Below are positions 33,694 to 43,759 of a DNA stretch of 64,000 nt, in pieces. Under the pieces are notes generated by a model, which worked only from the letters and a program-made list of their open reading frames with translations, had not been told where the DNA came from and made no database searches. A program made the position numbers and the translations under genes. The stretch comes from an uncultured Planctomycetaceae bacterium. GTDB lineage: Bacteria > Planctomycetota > Planctomycetia > Planctomycetales > Planctomycetaceae. The DNA lies in the NCBI GenBank assembly GCA_963813715.1, contig CAWFAK010000007.1:736001-800000 (forward strand), written 5' to 3'. Numbering within the stretch: position 1 is the first letter of the stretch; each line of letters begins with the position of its first letter.

Positions 33694-34974
33694 GCGTAGC
33701 CGAGGCTCTCGACGCGATTCTGAAAGAGACCAAGCCGGCTCCGCCAATCGCCGTCGATCTGGCCGATGCTCTCGGACTCGTGACGGCTGAAGCCGTCATC
33801 TCCGACGTCGACTCCCCCCCCTTCGACAAAGCGCTAATGGATGGTTTCGCCGTCCGCTCGGCCGACGTCGCCGCCCCCGAGGCCCGCCTGCGGATCATTG
33901 AGCATGTTATTGCCGGCATGATTCCCTCGCGGCCGGTGACCGCCGGCACCGCCACGCGAATCATGACCGGTGCGCCGCTCCCCGAAGGGGTTGACTGCGT
34001 GATCAAGGTGGAAGACACGCGCATCGAGCCGCCGCCTTCGCAGTCGTCTCCGACGGCAAATCCCACGGTCGTCGGCGGGACGGTCGTCATTCGAGGCACT
34101 GCGGCGGCAGGCGCCAATATCATTCGTCGCGGCACGTCCCTCAAGAACGGGCAGACCGTGCTGCCCGCTGGCAGACTGGTTCGGCCGCAAGAGGTGGGAG
34201 GCGCTGGCCGAGGTCGGCAAAGAACGATTGTCGGTCTATCCGCGGCCCACGGTAGGCATTCTGGCAACCGGGGACGAGCTGGTTCCGATGGCGGCCAAGC
34301 CAGGCCCGGGGCAGATCCGCAACTCGAACGAGGCCATGCTCGGTGCCCAGACACAGCGCGCGGGAGGGCGGCCAGTGCTCCTGGGAATCGCCCGGGACAA
34401 TCCAGCCGAGCTTCGCGAACGGATTGTCGTCGGCCTGAAAAACGACGTTTTGCTGCTGTCAGGTGGAGTTTCTGAGGGCACGCACGACCTGGTGCCTAAG
34501 GAACTGGCGGCCCTGGGCGTGCGGAATGTCTTTCATAAGGTGCTCATGCGGCCGGGGAAACCGCTCTGGTTTGGCGTTTGGGAGCGGCCAGACTCCCAGC
34601 CCGGCTCGTGGCGGACTTCTGTCTTCGGCTTGCCCGGCAATCCGGTCAGCAGCCTCGTCTGCTTCGAGGTGTTTGTTCGCTCCTGTTTGCAGCGGCTCAT
34701 GGGGCACGAACCCGCCGGGCCACGGCCGGTCCGTGCCCGCCTGACCCAAGATCACGTTGCCCGAGGAGAGCGTCCCACGTACAATCCCGCGCGACTCCGG
34801 TGGGATGCCGAGGGTCCCCAAGTTACCCCAGCGCGTTGGCACGGCTCGTCCGACCTGCAGGCAATGGTCGAGGCCAATGCGGTCGTCGTCTTTCCGGGCG
34901 GGGACGCGAGCTACGAGCGGGGCACTCTGATCGAAGTCATTCCCTTCGACCGATCAACCGACGGATCGGTGTAA
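33687..34974 (+). CDS. moeA: Molybdopterin molybdotransferase; frameshift ~34199
   Basis: PPFDKALMDGFAV, IMTGAP, TGDEL, SGGVS, RPGKP, GLPGNPVS. Confidence 0.92.
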
Positions 34975-34981
34975 CGATCAA

Positions 34982-36933
34982 ATGAATACGAACCCAGGGA
35001 CGGGAGCCGATATTTTGCAGACTACACCCCTCACTCGTCCCCGTTCGATGTCAATGCCTCCCGCCTCAACCGAGCCGACCGTTCGTTCGATCATCCGCGC
35101 CGCTCGTTCGGTCAACGCCCCGGCCTCTTCGCGCCGCAGCTGGATTGCGGCCGGGTTGTCGGGTCTGTTGTTGTGGGCCAGCTTTTCGCCTCTCGACTGG
35201 GGTGCGCTCGGCTGGATCGCCCTGGTCCCTTTGTTGCTCTTGGTCCGGCCGGCCAAGCGCCCCCCCGCGCGGCGCTGGCAACGTTCGTCACCACATTTGT
35301 GTCGCAGATTTTCATCCTGCAGTGGCTCCGCTACGGCGACCCCAGCATGTACGTGGCCATGGTCGCCTGTGCATTCTATTTCGCCTGCTACTTTCCGACG
35401 TTTCTGCTGCTGTGCCGCGGCGCGGTGCATCGCCTGCGCGTGCCCCTGGTGATCGCCGCTCCCATCATCTGGGTCGGGTTGGAATATGCGCGGGCCTACA
35501 TGCTCACGGGAGCTTCGTGGTACTACATCGGCCACACGCAGTACCGCTGGCTCGAGATGATTCAAGTCAGCGATCTGGTCGGCGCATACGGCGTCAGCTT
35601 TGTCGTGATGACGGCGGCGGCCGCACTGGCTGGAATAGTGCCCGCCTGGTGGTTAGCGCCAAACGCGGTTCCGGCTCCCGGCACGTCCGCCAACGCGGAA
35701 TCCGAAGCGGCAATGAAGATGATGGTCGACGGCGCGACCGCGGCGAGTGCGTCGCCCGGCCGTGTGCGGTTCCGAGACGTGCTGGCCGTGGCCTATGCCC
35801 TCGTCGTGGTGGGCGGCTGCCTCACTTATGGGTATGTCCGCCGTGCCCAGGCTGAATTTCGCGAAGGTCCGCGAATCGCGCTCATTCAGGGGAACTTCAC
35901 CTCGGCCGTGAAGCACGATCCGAGCGAGGCGACATCGATCTTCAATCGGCACTATACGCTGACGGGGGCCGCCGTAAAGTTTCAGCCCGATCTGATTGTC
36001 TGGCCGGAAACCATGTATCGCGATCCGCTGTTTCTGGCCTCGCCGAACCTGTCCGACGCCGACTTGCAGCGGGCTGCGCCGCGAATTCCGCCCTACGCGT
36101 GGAAAACATCTCAGGCCCCCGAGCGGCTGCACGAACTGGCGCAGATGGCCGGCGCGGGAATGATCTTTGGTATCGACACGCTCGTCGCCCAGAAGGACTC
36201 GATGCAGCACTTCAACTCGGCCGTGCTGTCCGTGCCCGGCAATTCGAGCCTGCGCCGCTACGACAAAATTCACCGCATGATCTTTGGCGAGTACATCCCG
36301 CTTAAAGACTATCTGCCTTTCCTCAAGACGTTCGTGCCGTACGATTCGGGCTTCGGCATCGCGGCGGGCGACCGGGCCGTCGCCTTCGATTACAAAGATT
36401 GGCGAATCGCGCCGACGATTTGTTTCGAGGACACCGTGCCACAATTGATGCGAGACATCGTTGCCCGGCTCGATGCCCCGTCCGCCGGCAACAAGCCGGT
36501 CGATTGCCTGGTCAACGTCACGAACGACGGCTGGTTCCACGGGTCGGCGGGGCTCGACCAGCACTTGATCACCGCCCTGTTTCGCTGCGTCGAATTGCGG
36601 AAGCCCATGGTCCGTGCGGTCAACACGGGGATCTCGGCCATAATTGACGGCGACGGTTTGGTCATCGAGCCCGATGTGTACATCGATGCCGACGCCAAGC
36701 CACCCAGCAAGGGCCGGACGTCGATGCGCGATCCGAAGACGGGCAAGTGGAATCGGCTGCTGAATGCCGTGCTCGTCGATTCGGTGCCGCTCGACAACCG
36801 CAGCAGCTTCTATCTGCATCACGGCGACTGGTTCGCCGCCGGCTGCGGGGTACTGGCGGCACTCGCCGGTATTCTGGCTGTCTTGCCCGCCGCCTGGCCG
36901 CCACGCCGCTGGATTCGCGAAGTCCCGGCCTAG
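34982..36933 (+). CDS. lnt: Apolipoprotein N-acyltransferase; frameshift ~35265
   Basis: TM helices, WPET, YDKIH..FGEY, ICFED, TNDGWF, RAVNTGIS. Confidence 0.92.
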
Positions 36934-37116
36934 TTCGAGGACACCTCGTCGCGGGCCGCCGTTCGCCAGCGCCCGACGGTGTCGGTCTGTTCATCGCAAC
37001 CGCTCCTCGTCCCGCAGAAGGTCGCTGTTTTGTCTTGGACAACGCTTGGCGCGAGCGTTTAGCATGAAGAGAGGCATGTCCCCGGTGCTCTTCCTGCAAA
37101 TCGCTCGGCGCGACGT

Positions 37117-37368
37117 ATGTCCGAACTCTTCTTTGAACGCGGTCTCTTTGCGACGCTGGCGGCGGCCCTCGTCGTCCCCGAGTTGACGACGTTTCTGATC
37201 TTCGTCTTCGTGGCGCTCAGTCTCTCGGCTCTGCTCGCCCGCCAAATCTGGTCTTTCGTCCGCGTTCCGTCGACGCCGCGATTTCAACACGCCACCTCCG
37301 ATGCGCGGCCCCCCGATCCGACGAGCCTCAGGCTGTTCGCGGAGTCGCGCGGGCCGGTCGTCGATTAG
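37117..37368 (+). CDS. Small membrane hypothetical protein
   Basis: 83-aa ORF with a hydrophobic segment; no recognisable family. Confidence 0.3.
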   Translation: MSELFFERGLFATLAAALVVPELTTFLIFVFVALSLSALLARQIWSFVRVPSTPRFQHATSDARPPDPTSLRLFAESRGPVVD

Positions 37369-37475
37369 CCGCTAGCGCGTCCCGTTTCGAGGGCTGCCTT
37401 TGCTTTTAGACGCCCCCGTCGACGGCTATACTGGGACGCATCACGATATGTTTATCTATCGAGGCCGTGGTCAGA

Positions 37476-39880
37476 ATGCGCTGTTGCTCGCGGCTGCTTC
37501 TGCTGCTCTTTTTCGCCGGTTCGCCCACCGAACTCGCCCTCGCTGGTGCGAATCGCGCGACCGACGACCGCGAGACTCTTTTCGAGACGCGGATTCGTCC
37601 GGTTTTGGTGGCGCAGTGCGTCCGGTGCCACGGAGCGGAGAAGATCAATAACGGGCTGCGCGTCGATGCCCGGCAGTCGTTGATTCACGGTGGCGACTCG
37701 GGCGCTGCGATCGTTCCCGGGCACCCCGAGCAAAGCTTGCTGTTGCAAGCGATCCGTCAGGCGGGCGATTTGAAGATGCCGCCACCGCCCGCGCCGGCTG
37801 CCCGACTCCATAATTGCCGACTTCGAGGAATGGATTCAAGACGGCGCGACTTGGCCGAAGAATGACGACCGAGGCTCAGCGTGGCGACAGCCGGCGGCTC
37901 CAGCGGCGCAGACTCATTGGGCGTTTCGGCCCGTCGTCAAAGTGACGCCGCCTGCCGATCCAAGCGGTTGGTCGGCCAACGCCGTCGACCGGTTCATCTC
38001 ACAGAATCTCAGAGCGCGGGGCTCAAGCCCGTGCGTCCGGCGCCTAAGTCCGTTCTGCTGCGCCGGGCGTCGTTCGATCTGATCGGCTTGCCGCCGACTC
38101 CCGCCGACGTCCGGGCCTTCATGGCCGACAACTCACCCGACGCATTCGAAAAGGTGATCGACCGCCTGCTCGCGTCGCCTCAGTACGGTGAACGCTGGGG
38201 CCGTTACTGGATGGACGTCGCCCGCTACGCCGACACGGCCGGCGACAACGCCGACTATCCCGTCCCGGAAGCGCGACTGTATCGCGATTACATTATCGAC
38301 TCGTTCAACGCCGACAAACCTTACGATCAGTTCCTTCGCGAGCAGATCGCCGGCGACATTTTGGCCAAGGACGGAGCTGCCGGCCGCTACGCCGAGCAGG
38401 TAACCGCGACGGGCTTTCTCGCTCTCTCGCGCCGCTATGCCACCGCCCCTTACGAGCTGTGGCATCTGACACTGGAAGACACGATTGACACGGTGGGACG
38501 AGCCTGCCTGGGGATCACGCTCCGTTGGCGCGGTGCCACGATCACAAGTTCGATCCCGTGCCTACGGCCGACTACTACCGGCTGTACGGCATTTTCGCCA
38601 GCACTCGTTTCCCTTATGCCGGTTCCGAAGAACTGGTGTCGAAAAAATTCGGCCGCACCGGATTTGTTCCGCTCGTGCCGGAGGCGGCGGCCGCTCCGCG
38701 GCTGGTCGCCTACCGCCGCGAGATCGACACCGACCGCAACGAAATCGATCACCTGCAGGCCGGACATCCTCGACGGGGACCGGGGGCGAAGCAGCTCAAA
38801 TCGCTGCAGCGCCGGCTCAAGGTCCTCGAACGAAGCGGCAGTCCTGCGGAGTTGCCGGTGGCCTACGCGGTCAGCGAAGGGACCGTGACAGATGCGCACA
38901 TTCAACTGCACGGCGAGCCGAGCCAAGAAGGGGCTCTCGTGACGCGCGGCGTTCCCCAATTCCTCCCCGACTTCCCCGGGACGGTGCCGACCGCCAACGA
39001 AAGCGGGCGGCTCGAGCTGGCCGACTGGATCGCCTCGCCGCGCAATCCGCTCACCGCCCGCGTGATGGTCAACCGAGTTTGGCAGCATCACTTCGGCCGC
39101 GGCGTCGTCGGCACCCCCTCGAATTTCGGGACGCGTGGCAGCCCTCCGACCCACCCGGAGTTGCTCGATTGGCTCACCGCGTCTTTCATTGAGCACGGCT
39201 GGTCGATCAAGTGGCTGCACCGGGAAATCATGAACTCGCGGACCTATCAGCTTGCGTCGACGACAGACCCGCATAATGAAACAATCGACGAATCGAACAC
39301 GTGGCACTGGCGGTTCGACCGGCAGCGACTCGACGCCGAAGCCATCCGCGACGCGATGCTCGACGTGGCCGGCACGCTCGACCTCGCGCGGGCCGGGCGG
39401 CACCCATTTCCTGATATCGACGATTGGACGTGGACGCAGCACGTCCCCTTCAAGGCTGCCTACCCATCGAACCATCGCAGTGTCTACCTGATGACGCAGC
39501 GGCTCCATCGGCATCCGTTTCTCGGCTTGTTCGATGGCCCCGACACCAACACCACCACCGACGTCCGCTCTTCGTCCACCGTCCCGCTGCAGGCTCTCTT
39601 CTTGATGAATAGCCAGTTCATGCGGGACACAGCTGCGGCCTTTGCCCAGCGCGTCTGTCGCGACGCTTCCGCGCCCCGTGATCGCATTTCGCTTATGGAA
39701 GAGTTAGCCTACTGTCGTCCGCCTTCGCCAGCGGAAACCGCGAAGGCGGAAGAGTTCCTCACACAGTTTCGCACCCTTGCCTTGTCCTCCGGCCTGAATC
39801 CCTCCCGAGCTGATGCCGAAGCGTGGTTGAGCTACGCGCGCGTCATCCTCGCTGCCAACGAGTTTTTTTACGTCGACTGA
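37476..39880 (+). CDS. PSD1/planctomycete cytochrome c domain protein (DUF1549/DUF1553); frameshifts ~37790, ~37998, ~38526
   Basis: FETRIRPVL..CVRCHG, YGERWGRYWMDVARYAD, ARCHDHKFDP, NPLTARVMVNRVWQ, ANEFFYVD. Confidence 0.88.
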
Positions 39881-39920
39881 ACAACTTCCGTCGGCGGCCC
39901 ACCGTTCCTAGTGAAATATC

Positions 39921-39976
39921 GGGCAGGCTTCGGGCCTGCCGAGAGAATGCAGGGCGGGCTTAGGCCCTGCCAAGAG
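39921..39976. repeat. Two tandem 25-bp REP-like hairpin units (period 31)
   Basis: gggcaggcttcgggcctgccgagag versus gggcgggcttaggccctgccaagag (21/25 identical); GGCAGGC/GCCTGCC stem. Confidence 0.55.
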
Positions 39977-40048
39977 CTTGAACCCTCGTCGATCTGCGAC
40001 AGCAGACCCGCCCTTAGGATTTTCGTTACCCCGTTGGAGCGGCCCAGC

Positions 40049-41447
40049 ATGCAGGGACCCGCGATTTCGCCACGTCGTGACTTCTTGAAGTCGGCCGGGC
40101 TCGGCCTGGCGGCGAGCAGTGCCGGCGTGTATCGAGCCCTCGCCCAGGCGGCCGAAGCCAAAAGCGGGCATCCGCTGGCTCCCCGGCGGTCGAACCATCC
40201 CGCACGGGCGAAGCATCTGATTTTCGTCTTTCTGACCGGCGGCTTTTCGCACGTCGACACCTTCGATCCCAAGCCTCAGCTCGCGGTCGACGCCGGCAAG
40301 AGCGTGTCGGCGATTCACCTCCGCGGCACCGACGTGCTGCCGCTGATGCCCAGCCCATTCCGCTTCACTCAGCACGGGCAATCGGGCCTGCCGATGAGTG
40401 AGCTGTTTCCTCACCTGAGAACGGTGGCCGACGAATTGTGCGTCGTGCGGAGCCTGCATACCGACATCATCGAACATTTTCAGTCCGTGCTGGCGATGCA
40501 CACGGGCTCGGCCACGGTCCCGCTCCCAAGCATTGGGGCGTGGGTCAGTTTTGGACTGGGCACCCTCAACGCGAACCTGCCTTCGTACGTCGTCTTCTGC
40601 GAGCATCCTCCCTACGGCGGCTCGCAGGTGTGGGACAGCAACTTTCTGCCCCCCGTGCATCAGGGCGTGCGGATTTTTCCCGGGCCAAACCCCCTGCCCG
40701 ACCTGGCCTCGCGTGCGCCGACGCTGTCGCTCCACGAGCTCGAGCAGCGGATGCTTCGCGACGCCAATGAACTGCACGCGGAGGCCCGCCCCGGCGACCT
40801 CAACCTGCGGGCGCGGCAGACTAGCTTCGACATTGCCCGGGGCATGATGCGAGTCGCCCCCGAGGTCTTCGACCTCGCCGGCGAGACGCGCGAAACGCTC
40901 GACCTGTACGGAGTCGACTCGGCAGACAAGACCTCGTTCGCCTGGCAGTGCCTGATGGCCCGCCGCATGGTCGAGCGCGGCGTCCGCACCGTCGAGCTGA
41001 TCGACACCGGTGCGAGCAACAACTGGGACGCGCACGGCAACATGCAGGACCATCGCCCCAAGGCGCTTCGCGTCGACCGGGCCCTGGCTGCGCTGATCCA
41101 AGAACATCAAACGGCGAGGTCTGCTCGACGAAACGCTGGTCGCCATCTGCACCGAGTTCGGCCGCACACCCTGGACCGACGCCCCGAACGGCAAGGGTCG
41201 GAATCATTACGCGGCCGCCTTCTCCTGCTTGCTGGCCGGCGCGGGTATAAAAGGGGGAACGACTTACGGGCAGACCGACGAACACGGGATCACCATCGCG
41301 GCCAACCCAGTCCACGTGCACGACTACCACGCGACGATCCTCCACGTCCTGGGCCTCGACCACGAGCATCTGACCTACCGCTATGCCGGCCGCGATTTTC
41401 GCCTCACCGACGTCCGTGCGCACGTCGTCCGGGACATCCTGGCCTGA
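40049..41447 (+). CDS. DUF1501 domain protein; frameshift ~41103
   Basis: SPRRDFL TAT signal, GGFSHVDTFDPKP, WDAH; LLDETLV..EFGRTP continues in the shifted frame. Confidence 0.88.
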
Positions 41448-41460
41448 CGCCTCGCCTGCA

Positions 41461-42564
41461 TTGCGGCCGACTCCCGTAGGGCAGGCTGTGCCTGCCGCGA
41501 GCGCGAGTTCGGATGGTAAAGACGGCACGCACAGCCTGCCCTACGAGACCCTGGGGCTCCGATCCGGTTTCGCGCTCGTCGATCTCATTGCCGTCGCGTG
41601 CGCGGTCGCGCTGGTCACCGCACTCTGCATCTACTGGGTCCAACAGGCACGAATTCGCGCCCGCACGCTTGGCTGCCGCGACAACCTGCGGCAGATCGGT
41701 GCGGCCCTCGCTCAATACACGGACACGCAGCGCACGCTGCCGACCATTACACTGTCCGGTGCCGGCTATCGCCTGGCCCAAAGCCCGCTGGCTGTGCTGG
41801 TGCCGCTCTTGCCGCCGGTCGCCCGCGCGGAGGCGACCTACGACTCGGCGCAACCCTGGTTTCACCAGCAACCGGGCGTGGCGGCGGTGATCGTGCCGAC
41901 GTTCCGCTGCCCGGCGTCGACGCACCGTAATCCGATCGTTTCGATCGCCGCCGAGCGCACCCAGTGCCCCCTCGGGACGCTGCTGGCAACTACCGATTAT
42001 GTCGTCTGCAAAGGGCCCAACGATTCATGGTGCTTGGACCACGGCGTGTCCGAAGTCCCGCTCAAGGAACGCGGCGTGTTCGAGATTGGACGTCCGCTCC
42101 AGCCGGGCGACATTGCGGATGGACTGGCCCAAACGATTGTGGTGGGGGAAGGATCGGGAGGCCTATTGTCGCTGAAGGACCGCTTCCCGCTCACCCTGGT
42201 GGATCGCGCGACCATGCAGTCGCTGCCCGCACGCAACCACTGGTGCTGGCCCTTCCTCAACACCTCAGAGGAGCAACTGCGGACCCAGGTCGTGGCCGCC
42301 GGAGTCTTCGGCACGACCGCCGTCGACCTGAACCGACAGCCGACGATCGAAACGATTCTAAACACCGAGAAACTCCACGACTGCCGACCGCGCTACAAGG
42401 ACGGGTTTCACTCGGTCAGCAATTTCCGCAGCGAGCATCCGGGCGGGGCGTACTTTCTTTTCGCGGACGGAGCCAGCCACTTTGTTTCGGACGGCATCGT
42501 GCCCGACGTTTATCGTGCGCTCTCTTCCATCGCCGGCAGCGAGAGCGTCGACTACATCAACTGA
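41461..42564 (+). CDS. DUF1559 prepilin-type protein (degenerate N-methylation site)
   Basis: GFALVDL, CRDNLRQIG, FRCPAS, DGLAQTIVVGE, and FRSEHPGGAYFLFADG (H-X9-DG). The start codon is uncertain. Confidence 0.8.
   Translation: MRPTPVGQAVPAASASSDGKDGTHSLPYETLGLRSGFALVDLIAVACAVALVTALCIYWVQQARIRARTLGCRDNLRQIGAALAQYTDTQRTLPTITLSGAGYRLAQSPLAVLVPLLPPVARAEATYDSAQPWFHQQPGVAAVIVPTFRCPASTHRNPIVSIAAERTQCPLGTLLATTDYVVCKGPNDSWCLDHGVSEVPLKERGVFEIGRPLQPGDIADGLAQTIVVGEGSGGLLSLKDRFPLTLVDRATMQSLPARNHWCWPFLNTSEEQLRTQVVAAGVFGTTAVDLNRQPTIETILNTEKLHDCRPRYKDGFHSVSNFRSEHPGGAYFLFADGASHFVSDGIVPDVYRALSSIAGSESVDYIN
41475..41545. repeat. GTAG-type REP doublet (REPIN-like inverted pair)
   Basis: cgtagggcaggctgtgcctgccg (41475-41497) and its inverse at 41523-41545 (22/23 identical), with an internal GGCAGGC-TGT-GCCTGCC hairpin. 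Confidence 0.75.
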
Positions 42565-42980
42565 AGCCGTCACGAAATCAGACTTGATCTTTTCCTGAAA
42601 CGGCCGATTTGATAGCTTGCCGCCCCGCTCGTCCCCGCCTGCCTAATCTTTCGCACTCGCCACGTCGTCATGCTGTCTCCGCATCTTGTTGACACTCACA
42701 CAATTTCTCTGTCTTTCCAGTTCGCCCCGTTCTCCGCTTTCTGAAGACAGGCTTGGGTCGCCCTGGCCGTAGAAATGCTCAGCGCCCAAACCGACTCAAG
42801 TGAGCCTTCTCGGCATGACGACATGAGAATTTCGGAGGATTGTCCGGTCGTTGGACGGCAAGGCTGCCGGCCCACGCCCGGACCGTCTCAAAAGTGATCG
42901 CCGCCCAGAGTGTGCTGCCGAAAGTGTCCTTGAGAGCAAGGACCGGCGGACCCGGGCGGGGGGCCAAAAGGATTTGAGCC

Positions 42981-43583
42981 ATGCGGCTGCGAAAGCGACT
43001 CCTTCCCGTCTGCGGAATGTTGGTTCTAAGCTGTCTCTCCAACACCGGCTGCCAGACCACGGACAACAACAATGCCGTCGGCGGTGCCGTGGTCGGCACC
43101 GGTTTGGGCGCGCTGACCGGAGCCATCGTCGGCAGCGCGTTTGGTCGTCGCGACGCGGCGGCCGGTGCGTTGATCGGAGCGGCGGCTGGCGGCCTGGGTG
43201 GCGCCCTGGTCGGCCATGCCCAGGACGAGAAGAACCAGCAGACGCGTGATGCGATCCAGGCACAATATCAACAGGCTCAGGCCGCGGCCGAGCAGCGAGC
43301 CCTGCATAACGACGACGTCGTGTACATGGTCAAGACAGGCGTGAGCGACCAGGTGATCATCAACAGCATTCGCGAGCGGGGCGGACGCTTCGACACCAGC
43401 CCGCAGGATATCGTCAACCTGAAATCCAACGGCGTCGACGATGCCGTGGTCTACGCGATGCAGACGACTCCCCCGCCTAGCGCGATGGTGCCGCCGCCCG
43501 GAGGAGTCGTTTACGGCCCTCCGCCGGGACCGGCTGTCGGTGTCGTCGTCCGCCCGGCCTGGGGCTGGGGTTGGCACTATTAG
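42981..43583 (+). CDS. Glycine-zipper outer-membrane lipoprotein
   Basis: Lipobox-like NTGC, GAVVG/GALTG/GALIG zipper and Pro-rich tail. Confidence 0.8.
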   Translation: MRLRKRLLPVCGMLVLSCLSNTGCQTTDNNNAVGGAVVGTGLGALTGAIVGSAFGRRDAAAGALIGAAAGGLGGALVGHAQDEKNQQTRDAIQAQYQQAQAAAEQRALHNDDVVYMVKTGVSDQVIINSIRERGGRFDTSPQDIVNLKSNGVDDAVVYAMQTTPPPSAMVPPPGGVVYGPPPGPAVGVVVRPAWGWGWHY

Positions 43584-43759
43584 TCGGCTGCCGACAACTT
43601 CAGTCGATCGGCCTCTCTGGGTTGCCGTTCGGGGCCGAGCCGCGGCAATCGCACTCGTGTGAAAGCGGCTACGGGACGCGTCGCCGGATCGGCGCCACTC
43701 GCTCAATTCGGGAGACGCGACAGCGGCCCGGCCGGTCGATTTCAGTCCGGCAAATTTCT

